The notes under the pieces were generated by a model. That model did no database searches and was not told where the DNA came from. It worked only from the letters and a program-made list of their open reading frames with translations. From contig NC_068981.1 in the NCBI RefSeq assembly GCF_001194135.2, positions 160,548,261 to 160,599,655 on the forward strand: DNA of 51,395 nucleotides. Direction: 5' to 3'. Both the position numbers and the translations under genes were made by a program. The DNA is from Octopus bimaculoides. Its lineage: Eukaryota. The first letter of the stretch is position 1, and each line of letters begins with the position of its first letter. This document shows positions 12,381 through 24,445 of this stretch, in pieces.

Positions 12381-12634
12381 CCCTTTTACTATGGAAATCA
12401 GATATATCCACTCAAAATTTCATTGCCCTTAACTGCATAAAGCAGTTTTATATACCAAATCTGTCTTTTTGTTGAGATACGTTGTGTTTGAAACTATTTT
12501 CTGTTGAGACCTGCCAAGTTTACTGAGGTAACGTGACTTGCAGAAAAGCCAATTCTATTTATTTTTTTTTTCTGTTTTGGTAGATATGTAACATTACTGG
12601 AATAACTATGAAATTTAATTTAACAGTTAAAGTG
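12381..12634. mobile_element. Putative piggyBac-like MITE
   Basis: TTAA on both sides (12377-80, 12635-38). Ends CCCTTTTACTAT… / …ACAGTTAAAGTG form a degenerate TIR. Confidence 0.45.
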
Positions 12635-14699
12635 TTAAGGATATGCTTTTGCTGAAGGAGACATTTGTGATAGTGAGGCTGAAGAGTTAGAGCAACCATG
12701 AGAGCTAAGTGCTACTCATGTTTAGGGTAGGAATGTAAGTGTGTGTTTCTTGATATAGATAGTACTTGAGTGGTATTTGGTTGAGGGGTCCTGCTTCTAG
12801 GAAATAAATGTATACCAAATATACTTTTTCTGTGATTGAAATATCAATGTTGATGTAATGTGTTACAATGGGTTTTCTTTGTAATATTTGCACTTTATCA
12901 TAACTCACCTCTTAGAATAGAAACTTTCTACTCCAACTTCTTAAACCAAAGAATCCTCACTGTTTCATGTTCTTTGAATTTCCAATATACTATTATTTCT
13001 CTTTGAAACTCAGTATTCTCAACAACAAAAACTGCTAAAATGTTTTTTTTACCCTGATCAGTTAACTAACCTTTTTACAAGGTTTACATATATCTCCTAC
13101 ATATAACTGTTCACCCTATAATCATTTGAATTTTATGAGGAAGGAAAGTTATATATTTAAAAATAATCTTTGTTAGCCTACCAATAATCAGTTTTATATT
13201 TACCTCTTTTCCTTCAAATTTTCTATACTTTTCCCATTTCTATTTAATATTACATGCTATGATAACTTTTTTTTTCAAATTGATACTTTCACTGATTCTC
13301 TTCCATGCAACATATTAAATCCATCTTTTTTTTTTTTTTAAAGTTGTTGTTGTTTGGAAGGGAATCAGAATATGTTCTAATTGCCTTAGTATAGTTCCTA
13401 CAATCATATATTACATGGCAAAGTTCAAACCTAACTGAAACATGCTTTATCCATTGTCTATCTCTGTTGAATATTTACTTAGTTACTTCTATGCCAGACA
13501 TCTGCTGGAGTAGAGATTCTGCAGTTAATTAACAAGAACATCTTAATCTATGTCTAGCTGTTTTCTACATGTAAGGTTTACATCATATAATGATTTTAAC
13601 ATTCCTTTTATAAGAAGGGCTTGGCTTTATTGGAATTATCCTTAGGACAGCCAATACAAAATGCAAACTCTTTTCCCTTCAACATCTGTTTTTACATGCT
13701 TACATGGATGGAATTGTTTTTCATTAAAGAGTCTTACTCCTTCCTTCTACTAAGCCATACATACACACACACACATATGTTATGTTTGTATGTCCATGCT
13801 TGCATAAGTTGATAAAATTTATGTGAGCACATCTGTCCCCATGGCAGTTGTAGAAATATGTAAAAGCAATATGTATACCAGAACATATGTAACTAGAATA
13901 ATGTTCAAGCTGAATACATTTCTTCATGTACAGAGGAAGCAAATTATGATTAAGAGAAACATTGTTTTAAAATCTTTGATAATATGTAAAATTAGTTGTT
14001 AGATACAATAAAATTGTATGAGTAGAGTTATATAAACTCTCACTGAAATTAATCAACAAACCATATTTTGATTCCCAGCTGTAAGTCATTCTACTTTTAT
14101 ATTGCTCATATTCTTGAGAAGCAGAGAAACCTTACAAAATTCTCATTTCAACTCTCCTTCAAATACAGGAACTTTTGCTTAAGTATGAAATAAATATTCC
14201 ATCCTTACATAAGCATGAAATCTCAGAATTTTAGACATTATGAAATTATGAAGTTCATGATTTTTTTTCAAAGGCATTAGAAATTCAGTTTCTGCCTGGT
14301 ACCCAGATTTTCTGATTTTAGTATCACTACCTGACACTTGCGTACCTTTAGCAAAGTCTACATTGTTGAATATAATCAAGCCAGGTCTTTGATCTGAGAA
14401 TAACTTCCTCTCACCAGTCTCATGGGCTCTAAAAAGGATCACTTTGTTCTCTGATTAAATTATTTTTAAAAAATGGGAAAAAAGAACATCTAGTCACAGA
14501 TTCAGCTTGCTTGAGAAATTTAACCTCAAAAGCTTAACCCTTTTGTTACTCTATATCTAATTATACAATAAGTTGCTTAACCAAAATTATGGTACGATTT
14601 TAGTTTACAAAGGAAAACTTTAAAATTAGAATTTTGTTTATCATAGGTCCAAAAGCAGTCTCAAATAAGTTGATAGTAGAAGGATCAAGGGAAAGAGTA

Positions 14700-15190
14700 T
14701 TAAGAGTGTGGCTATGTAATTAAAAAGTTCACTTCTCAACAACATAAATTCGGGTTCAGTTCCACTGCACAGTACCTTGAGCAAATGTCTTCTTCTGTAG
14801 CCTTGGGTAGGCCAGAGTCTTGTGAGTGAATTTGGTAGGAAAAAACTGAAAGAAGCCCATCATATATGTGTGTATGCAATGAGTATGTATATACATATGT
14901 GTGTGTGAGTGTGGTGTGTATGTATACATGTACGTCTGTAATGAGTGTGTGTGTATGTGTTCATGTCTCCTTGTCTTGATATGATATGCTAGAGTATGAC
15001 TGTCATACAGATGATGTTGTTCATTAGTAATCTTCCATGAAATCATGTCTGCCTATTGTGCTGTTTATACTTGAAGAACTGGAGGAAATATCTTAACATT
15101 GACAACAGCCAGAGTATCCAACCATAGAAAATCTCAATGAATTTCATCTGACCCATACAAGCATGAAAAAGCAAACATTAAAACAGTGTT
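14700..15190 (+). mobile_element. Bipartite SINE variant: head A + (TG)n + alternative body with RTE-like tail
   Basis: Same head as 7016, but the body after the microsatellite differs and ends ...ACCATAGAAAATC...CATCTGACCCAT.CAAGCATG.AAAAG...CATTAAA. Related copies lie at about 39950-40300(+). Body-only copies lie at about 21165-21350(-) and 22800-22970(-). Confidence 0.7.
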
Positions 15191-15582
15191 GTTGTTGGCA
15201 GTGGTAGCAGCTGCTGCTGCTGCTGGTGACAGTAATGATGATGGTTTTTAATGTAAATGTTATCAAATTTAAGAACCAGTTTGAGAAAGAAAACAGTGAA
15301 AAGCACTCTAAAATGTAATCACTTGTTTGGCAAGTGGTGGGCACATAAACCAAAGACTATTGGTTGGTCTGTAGTTCTTTGCTGTTTCAAATTAGTGGTT
15401 TTAATGCCGAGTTCCTTTTAAAGGTAAATCTTTTATCTTTCACTTGCTTCAGCCATTGGACTGCAGCCATTGGACTGCAGCCATGCTGGAGCACTGCCTT
15501 GAAGGGTTTAGTCTAACAAATCAACCTCGGTACTTCTTTTTTTAATCTTGTGCTTATTCTATCAGACTCTTTTGCCAAGTCG

Positions 15583-16213
15583 CTGAGGTGGTGAAGCACG
15601 ACCTTCGAATGTTGGGCCTCACAGAGGTAATGACAGCAACTGAGACCTTTGGAGATATGCTATGCTTGAGAAGACCCAGCAAGCCAAGTAGCCTATGCCA
15701 GTGTCACATAACCATCCCATTTAAGAGTACCCTCCAATCATTGGACAATATACTGTGCTTGAGAAGACCTGTTGAGTCAAGCGAAATCATTGTTGTGGCC
15801 AATGCCAGTACTGCCTGACTGGCACCCGTGCTGGTGGCACATAAAAAGCACCATTCAAGCGTGGTCGATGCCAGTCCCACCTGAATGGCTCCCATGCTGG
15901 TGCATGTAAAAAGCACTATACAAACGTGGTCAATGCCAGTGCTGCCTGACTGGTCCCGTGCTGGTGGCACTTTACAAAGCACCATTCGAGCATGGTCATT
16001 GCCAGTGTCGCTTAACTGGTTCCCATGCTGGTGGCACATAAAAAACACCCACTACACTCTTGGAATGTTTGGCATTAGGAAGGGCATCCAGCTATAGAAA
16101 CCTTGCCAGATCCTATTAGAGCCTGGCACAGCCTCCTGGCTTGCCAGCCAGTCCTCAGTCAAACCATCTAACCCATTTCAGCATGGAAAGCAGGCATTAA
16201 ACAATGATGATGT
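15583..16213 (+). mobile_element. 5'-truncated RTE LINE: ORF C-terminus, 3' UTR with four ~65-bp tandem units, (GAT)n tail
   Basis: Reads AEVVKHDLRMLGLTEVMT..(D)LWRYAMLEKT, the RTE C-terminal 'V..DL..LGL...M..DR..WR' pattern, followed by the tandem array 15800-16049 and the tail. Confidence 0.82.
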
Positions 16214-16305
16214 TGATATATAATATATATATCTCCTGTAATACAAATTCCGATGAAAGTAATCAAACAAGGTTTGCTTTAGAAGCATTGAGATGTATTG
16301 AAAGA

Positions 16306-16459
16306 TAGGAAATAATTTTATTTTCAAACACAGGATAATGCTAATAATATAGCATGAACAGGAAAAACTACCCATTTTTCTGCAAAATATGGGTAGTTCA
16401 TTTTGTTCATGCTATATTATTAGCATTATCCTATGTTTGAGAATAACATTATTTCCTTA
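16306..16459. repeat. Long imperfect inverted repeat (arms about 73-76 bp, loop about 5 nt)
   Basis: The reverse complement of 16384-16459 matches 16306-16378. The ORF track shows the mirrored peptides MGSFSCSCYIISIILCL (-) and MGSSFCSCYIISIILCL (+). Confidence 0.93.
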
Positions 16460-16472
16460 TATATCATGTAAT

Positions 16473-16553
16473 NNNNNNNNNNNNNNNNNNNNNNNNNNNN
16501 NNNNNNNNNNNNNNNNNNNNNNNNNNNNNNNNNNNNNNNNNNNNNNNNNNNNN
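16473..16553. other. Assembly gap (81 N)
   Basis: N run abutting (TA)n. Confidence 0.99.
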
Positions 16554-16576
16554 ATATATATATATATATATATATA

Positions 16577-17835
16577 CATGGGTTGGACAAAATAATGAAA
16601 ACACCTTAAAATTTCAAACAAATCTATTTTAATATGAGGTAGGACTGCCTTTGACAATAATTACAGCTTGAATTCTACAAGGTATGAACTTGTACAAAGT
16701 TTGAATTGTTTCCAAAGGAATTTTTGTCCATTCTTCAGCTAAAACAGTCTCCAATTCTTGTAGTGATGATGATGGAGGATATCAACTCCTTACTTGTTTT
16801 TCTAAAATGCACCACAAATGTTCAATAATATTGAGATCTGGGGACTGTGGTGGCCAGATAAGATGTTCAACTTCACTAGAATGTTCCTTGTGCCATTCAG
16901 TAACAACTTTAGCTGTGCGAATTGGTGCATTATCATCCTGAAAGATTGCATTTCCCTCTGGAAACAGTTCTGCAACCATAGGATGAATTTGATCAGATAA
17001 AATGCTTAAATAGTCTTGACTATTAATTCTGCCATGAAAGGAAAACATTAGGCCGGCAGATTTTCAAGATATAGCCCCCCAGATCATCACAGATCCTCCT
17101 CCATGTTTAACAGTTGGAAGAAGGCAGTCTGGGTCAAATGCTTCTTTTGGCTGTCTCCACACATATACTCAGCTGGTGGTGGGAAATAAGGTAAAGGATG
17201 ACTTGTCTGAGAAAATAACATTTTTCCACTACTCTAGGGACCAATTCTGTAGGTTTTTACTCCACTCTAAACGTTTTGCAACGTTTGTTTTTGAAAGTAG
17301 TGGTTTTCTGATTGCAGCCCGCCCACTGTGAAATCCAGCTTTGTGCAGCTCCCAGCAAACAGTTCTTGTGGAAACTGGGTTCTCAAGGTGGTCATTAAGC
17401 TCTACAGTAATTTTGGGAGCTGTACTTTTGTGATCCTTTCTAACAATTCACATAAGAGTCCAACAGTCCAATCTGAAAGTTTTAGTTTTCTTTCGACGAG
17501 GTTTTTCTCTCTTTCTCAAAGGCTGTCATTACTTTCAAGACAGTACTTCTTGATACATCAAACATTTCGGCTGTTTTCATTATGCTAGCACTTGCCATAC
17601 GAGCACCAACAATTTGAACTCTTTGAAAGCCCAATATATCTGTCATTTTAATGAATTTTAATTACTTTTTTCTGATGACATCTGAAAAGAAACAGCAATT
17701 TTAGCAAGACATATTTAGCAACACTATTAATAAATCAAAAAACATAAAAGTAAACAAGCTTTTGACAGTTTTATAGATATTTCAAAATTATGATGCTATG
17801 ATGCTAGATGTTTCCATTATTTTGTCCAACCCCTG
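16577..17835 (-). mobile_element. Full-length (1259 bp) Tc1/mariner element with DD36E triad (Incomer-like); frameshifted transposase 16629..17646
   Basis: 29-bp TIRs at 16577-16605 (CATGGGTTGGACAAAATAATGAAAACACC) and 17807-17835, 26/29 complementary, with TA flanks. Motifs VIFSDKSS, QDDNAP and WPPQSPDLNIIE. There are 36 residues between the second D and the E. Confidence 0.95.
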
Positions 17836-18396
17836 TATATATATGCATATAGATGTGTCTGTGTGTATACATATATGTATATATACAGAGATCTCTTTAT
17901 ACTTCCTTATCTGTGTGGACACTACTAATTAGTATAATGCCAACATAGGTTAAATCATTACAAAGTGCACAAGGCATTTCTACTAAATACTACATTAATT
18001 ATTTAAATGCATCAAATGATGTCAGTTTGTTTTTATAAATAAATCTTTCAAAGATGATGGTGTCTATTTACTTTTGAGATGATTTCTCTGTGTGTGTGTG
18101 TGTGTGTGTGTGTGACAGGTTTCCACACAGTTTCCATTAACGAAATTCACTTACAAGGCATTGATCAACCTAGGGTTATAGCAGAAGACACTTGCCCAGT
18201 GTGCCATGCAATGGGATTGAACCCCCGAAGTATGTGGTGGCAAAGCAAACTTCTAAACCTCAAGGCCATGCCTGCATCCAACCTAACACTGAAATTGAAG
18301 AAATTTTAAAAGATGTTTTTCTTATTCTTTCAGCATACCTTTTGTACAGTTTTTATTCTGTCACATTCCTAATTTCTGTTGTTATTACCATGACAG

Positions 18397-18531
18397 AATA
18401 ATTCCAGAATCCAGCCAACTACCCTTGGGAGAATAGCATCTTATTATTACTTGAGCCATAAAACTCTCAGGATGTTCCATGAAGAACTCAGTGAAGTTTG
18501 TGGAATACCCGAACTTATCAAAATCTTGTCT
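18397..18531 (+). CDS. ASCC3: ASCC3 coding exon, 135 nt, phase 0 to 0: NNSRIQPTTLGRIASYYYLSHKTLRMFHEELSEVCGIPELIKILS
   Basis: CAG acceptor and GTAAGT donor. Contains the GRIASYYY motif typical of the start of the Sec63 domain in ASCC3/Brr2. In frame with the previous exon. Confidence 0.95.
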
Positions 18532-19093
18532 GTAAGTTTGTTTTCTTATTTTTCATTATTATTTATTGGTTTATTTATGTGCATTAAATAAAAAAAACTA
18601 CAGGTGTGAATTGGTAAACAGTTGCATACAGATGGAACACTTGTGGAAGAAGGAGACCCAGAAAGACATGGGATGAAGTTTTGAAAGCCAACCTCAAGAC
18701 ACTGATCTTTATGAAGGAAATAACTAAGGATTGAGATATCTTATGCATTACTGTACTCAAGGAAACCTGTCCACCACACCAGAATTGATACTGGTGCTGG
18801 TGTCAGTACACTCTGTGAAGTAGTTAGCATTAGGAAGGGTGTCTAGCAATAGAAACTATGCCAGAACAGACAATGAAGCTTGGTGCAACCTTTGGCTTTA
18901 TCAACTGTGGTCAAACCATCCAACCCATGGTAGCATGGGAAATGGATGCAAAATGATGGTGTCAGAATGTAGGAATGCTTTATGGTGTTTGATCTGGTTC
19001 TCTGCTCATTGAGTTCAAACTCTTCTGAGATTAACTTGACCTATGATTTTTCTGAGTTGATAAATAGAGTGCACTACTCCAAGTTCAAGGATC

Positions 19094-19133
<40 letters not shown>

Positions 19134-22100
19134 CATCCCTCCCTCCGCACTGTAATTATGATCATGGTGGATCTCTCAAAATGAAGAAAGGTTGAGGCAG
19201 GAGCTAGGCAACCTCTTTTTATAAAAATATTGATATGCTACTGAAAGTTTTCAATGAGGGCCATATGTGCAGTACAGTGCAGGATGTGAATTAAGGAGTA
19301 AATTTCAAAAGAAATACAATACTACTATTCCATTGATTCGAGGTGGACAGATTGAACTATCAATAAGATATTCAGTTTCCTTGTTTACTTAATTTATTAT
19401 TTGAATCGTATTGTGTGCTTTGTAAAGGAAATACAAAGAAAAAAATATTCTATTCAGTAGAGAACTAAAAAGACTATGACATTGTAAAACTGAGTATGTC
19501 ATCTTAGTTAAGATACTATTTAGATTGATTATATTATAAACAAGAAATGCAAGCCAGTAAGTGAGGAGAAGTATGGTGGGTTTACTCTATGTGTCCTCAT
19601 TGATTGATTGAAAGATATTGATATGAAAATCTGTTATCGTTATGTATATTGCAGTTTTTATATCATTGAGATTATCAAAAGGAAAAAAATAAACAGTTAC
19701 TCCCATCATTTTGCAGAGATAAGAATGACATATCATTTATCCTTTATCTTTTACTTGTCTCAGTCATTGGACTGCAGCCATGCTGGGGTACTACCTTGAA
19801 GGGTTTTAGTCAAACAAATCGACTCCAGTGCTTATATTTTTTGCTTAAAGTCTGGTACTTATTTTATCAGTGTCTTTTCTGCACTGCTAAGTTACATGTA
19901 CATAAACAAACCAACACCAGTCGCCAAGCACAGACACAAAGACACACACATACATACACTTACACATACACATATGACAGGCTTACACACAATTTCTCTC
20001 TACCTAATTCACCCACAAGGCATTGGTCATTCTGGAGCTAAAGTAGAAAACACTTGCCCAAGGTGCCATGCAATGGAACTGAACCTAAAACCACATGACT
20101 GCAAAGTAAGCTTCTTAACCACACAGCTATACATGGAGATTATCCAAATTATACTTCTAGTAATTCAGGCAAAATTATTTTCATTTTCTGAACCATCTTG
20201 TAAATTGCGATATCACAGTATTTAGTGTAAGCAATTAAACATAAAAATATTTCAAGTAGTGAATACATTAATTTAAAAGCAAACATAAAAGGCAAAAACA
20301 AACAAACAGAACCTGGCTTATAAATATGGTTAATTTATGCTAAAATGTCTAAGAGGACTAACATTTTGATTCTTAGTTTGTAATATATTTCTAATTTCAA
20401 ATTTTCATGATAGAAATTTTTATAAAGTAGAACTGATGCGTGCAAGAGGTAATCAAATAATTAAGTTTTTGAGTGGTTTTTTTTTTTTGTTTTTTATTTT
20501 TTATTTTTTATTTTTTTATTTTTGTTCTGGCTTGGCTGATATGAAAATTGTTTTTATTTTTCTTTAGCAAAAAAAAAAAAAATTGTAACAGTTGTAGATC
20601 TTGATTAAAAATTTGTTCTGTCTGTGGACAACATTTCATCAAGACTATATAGCAATAAAGTTTTATAGACCATAAAGATTAATGTTAGCACTGAAACTTT
20701 TCACAGATTTTTTTTTTTTTTTTTTTTCAGAACAAATAATGTTAACAGGCAAAATGTTAATATCTTATTAAACAGTTATTGCCAAACAAATGGATAAATA
20801 TTGTTATTTAATTAAGGTTCAACACTGATCAGGTAGATCTATAATCAAAAGGTATTCTAGCTGTGACTATCCTGTTTTTTACTCTGACAGGGTATATGTG
20901 GGACTACATTATCCAGTATACCCTAACTAACTTTCTAAACAGCAGGGTGTCATATAAAAATGTGTGGTTACAATTGGTTTTAAATTTTGGCACAAGGCCA
21001 GCAATATGTGGTTACTATTGCAAGCTGAATAACCACTTAGAGGTTCCCTTGTTTATATGCAAGTAATATCATGGTTGCATGTAAGATGGCTTGCATGCAG
21101 TCATCTTTACATGCAGCATCAATTCGTATGTGAATTAAGCACAATTATTTTTGACATCCACTTTTCCATTCTTGCACGGGTCAGATGGAGTAGATTGAGG
21201 CAAATTTTCTATGTCTATTGCCAACCATTACATGTTTCCAAATAAGGTAATATTACTCCATGACCAGACATGTTTTCACAGAATGTTGTAAATGAAGAAC
21301 ATTCATTTACGACAATCAAGTAATGCCAAAATAATGTTAAACATGCATTTACTTGCACACAGTCAAGTGTGTGTGTGTGTATGTCAAGCTAGTGCCACTT
21401 TAAAAGCACCCAGTACACACTGTAAAGTGGCTGGTGTTAGGAAGGGCATCCAGTCATAAAATCAAAGCCAAATCTGACTGGAACCTGATGCAGCTCTCTG
21501 GCTTGCCAACTCTGGTCAAACCATCGAACCCATGCCAACATGGAAAACAGATGTTAAAGGATGATGTTGATGATATGACAGGCTTTTTCTGGTTTCCATC
21601 TACGAAATCCACTCACAAGACACTTGTCTAAAGCATTACATGGTGAAACCGAATCTGAAATCATGTGGTTGGGGAACAAACTTCTTAGCCACACAGCCAT
21701 ACCTGTGCCTTACATAGATTTAGACTTTACTAACATGATAGCATTTTTTTTTTTTTTTGTAATAGTATATTTGACAGGTTTCTCATTTTCTTCTGGTTTA
21801 GTTAAAGTAATGCTGCTTAATTACTTTTGCACTAGTAATTATCAAGTCTAATTTTCTTTTATTTTGTTTTAGGTAATGTTATGTGCTAATTATATGTTCT
21901 TAATTCTTAATTCGATAATTATTGTTTTTAAAGTTATTAACGGTTTCTACTTCGTCCATGAGTGAAGAAAACCTTTTTATGTATCTATTTTGAAAAAAAA
22001 ACAAAAAAAGAATCAAAGGTCCTTCCCAAGCCATAGGCTCATAAGTCTGGTTTCATAGATTCTGTGACATATATGTTTCCCACTTGGATGGGATGCTGCT

Positions 22101-22560
22101 CTGTTGCAGGATTACTCACTTTTGCCAACTGAGTGGACTGGAGCAATCTTACAATCATGACTGCAACAGCCTAACCATTAAGCCAAGCACATTCTCATGA
22201 ATCTGTTTACCTAAATTTAATTGAAGTTTCAGCCAGGTTTTGTCTCTCCTGCTGAAGCTATTTCTTGATTTAGTGAAAATAGTTCAAGCATAGCCATGTG
22301 GTACTAAGAGGCTTACTTCATAGTCAGAAATTTCTGGGTTTGATCTTATTGCATGGTACATTTATTTAAGGATTCAAGCATGTCTGTATGATTAAGACTT
22401 CACTTCAAAACTACATAGTTTTGGGTTTGATCTTGATGCACAGCACCTTGGGCAACAAATTTCTATCTTAGCCTTGGGTTGACCAAAAGCTTCAAAGTGA
22501 AATTGGGCAGATAGAAACTGAGTGGAAGTCCATCAGATGCATATATCATTATCTTTGGTA

Positions 22561-23977
22561 GTATGCACTGGACAAAGACACACACACACATGTATATGTG
22601 CACACATATATGCATTTATATATATATGTAAGTCCACATGTGGATGCATTATGGTTGAATGGTTAAGAAGTCTGCTTTGTAGCCATGATGTCCCCAGTTC
22701 AATTCCACAGTGTAGCTTCTTGAGCAAGTGTTAACCCAAGCCTTATGAGTGGAACTGAATAGAGAGAAACTGTGTAGAAGCCCATGAAATGGATTTAATA
22801 TCCACTTTTCCATGCTTGCATGGGTCATAGAATTCATTGAAGCATATTTTCTCTGACCAGGTGCCTTTTCTGTTATCAGGCTTCACCTGTTTCCAAGCAT
22901 GGTAATATTTCCTCATTACATGAAGACTGAAAAATATGCAAAACTGCAAACAAAGAACACTGTATTACAATGGCACTTGCTTATAGCTATAGCACAATAT
23001 CTGAGACAACACAACACACACACACACACACATAATGGTCTTCTTTCAGTTTCCATCTACCAAATCATTTCATAAGACTTGGTTGGCCCAAGGTTTTAGT
23101 AGAAGATACTTGCCCAAGGTGCCAGAATGCTGTGGGATTGAACCTGAATCCACTGGTTTTAAGAAGTGAACTTTTGAACCACATAACCATACCTTCATCT
23201 TGTATGTGTATATACGTATGTACATAATCCTGGATACATTGATCAGAAAATAGTGTTAGGTGTGATCATAGTTGGAACCATTTAATCATAGATCTGCTTG
23301 ATCAAACTGACCTGGGGTTAAACAGTAACAATGACAGTCATTTAATATGAGGCAGTATTTTATAATTCCTCTTTCCTTCTGTAGACAAAGATCAATTTAT
23401 ATGTCTATCAGGTGCATTAATTTATAATGAAATCTACTTAAATTTCTGATTGCTTCTAACGTTTTGTAATATTATATAATGCTAGTTCGTTCCAGATGAC
23501 GTTCTTACCATATTTTGTTTTATTGTTTGCTCACAAAGAAATCAATGTTCCATTTATTTACTTTGTTTTATTTTAGACTGCAAATAGTGAACAATAGGCT
23601 AGTCTCCAATTCACTGCATTTGTCACTACAAGCACTCCCTTGTCAATCTCACTGTCAGAGTGAGAGAGCAGCAAGGGAGTATCTGTAACTCACTGCAGAA
23701 TAAATATTTCCAAGGCCTTCATTCATAAAAGGAAAAAAAGGATGGCTTTTTTCAGTTTTCTCATAGTCATTTACATCCTTTGCTGGTATGCACTGGACAA
23801 AGGCACACACACACACACATGTATATGCATTATGGTTGAATGGTTAGGAAGTCTGCTTTGTAGCCATGATGTCCCCAGTTCAATTCCACACTGTAGCATC
23901 TTGAGCAAGTGTTAACCCAAGCCTTTTGAGTGGAACTGAATAGAGAGAAACTGTGTAGAAGCCCGTGAAATGGATTT
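22561..23977 (+). repeat. Local direct duplication: 22561-22796 and 23786-23977
   Basis: Both copies share the unique flank GTATGCACTGGACAAAG, a (CA)n tract and the same internally deleted SINE head. ORFs 22649..22837 and 23830..24027 are near-identical. Confidence 0.9.
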
Positions 23978-24172
23978 TTCTTTCTGTTTGTTTCAGTCAT
24001 TAGACTGTAGCCATACTGAGGCACCACCTTGAGGAATTTGTAGTTGATTGAGTCAACCCCAGTACTTTTTTTTAAAGTCTGGTACTTATTTTATCAGTTG
24101 CTTTTACCAAACCACTAAGTTACAGGGATGTAAACACACCAACACCAGTTGTCAAGTGGTAGTGAGGGATAA

Positions 24173-24210
<38 letters not shown>

Positions 24211-24445
24211 GATGGGTTTCTTTCAGTTTCTGTCTACCAAATTCCAAGGTTTTGGTCAGCCTGAGGCTACAGTAGAAGACACTTGCCCAAGGTGCCACAC
24301 AGTGGGACTGAACCCAGAACCATGTAGTTGGGAAGCAAGTTTCTTACCACACAGCTACACCTATGCATAATTTATTAAAGATCCAACATTGTCACATAAT
24401 ATCACGCTCATTCTACCAAGAATTACCCTAAGGACACACATGTCT

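Noticed and set aside
14537-14690. Another TTAA-CCCTTT-starting MITE
   Set aside because: Only the left terminus is recognisable. No matching right TIR or TTAA was found.
15800-16049. CRISPR-like array of palindromic repeats
   Set aside because: Whole ~65-bp units are homologous, with no unique spacers, and they are part of an RTE 3' UTR found in several copies.
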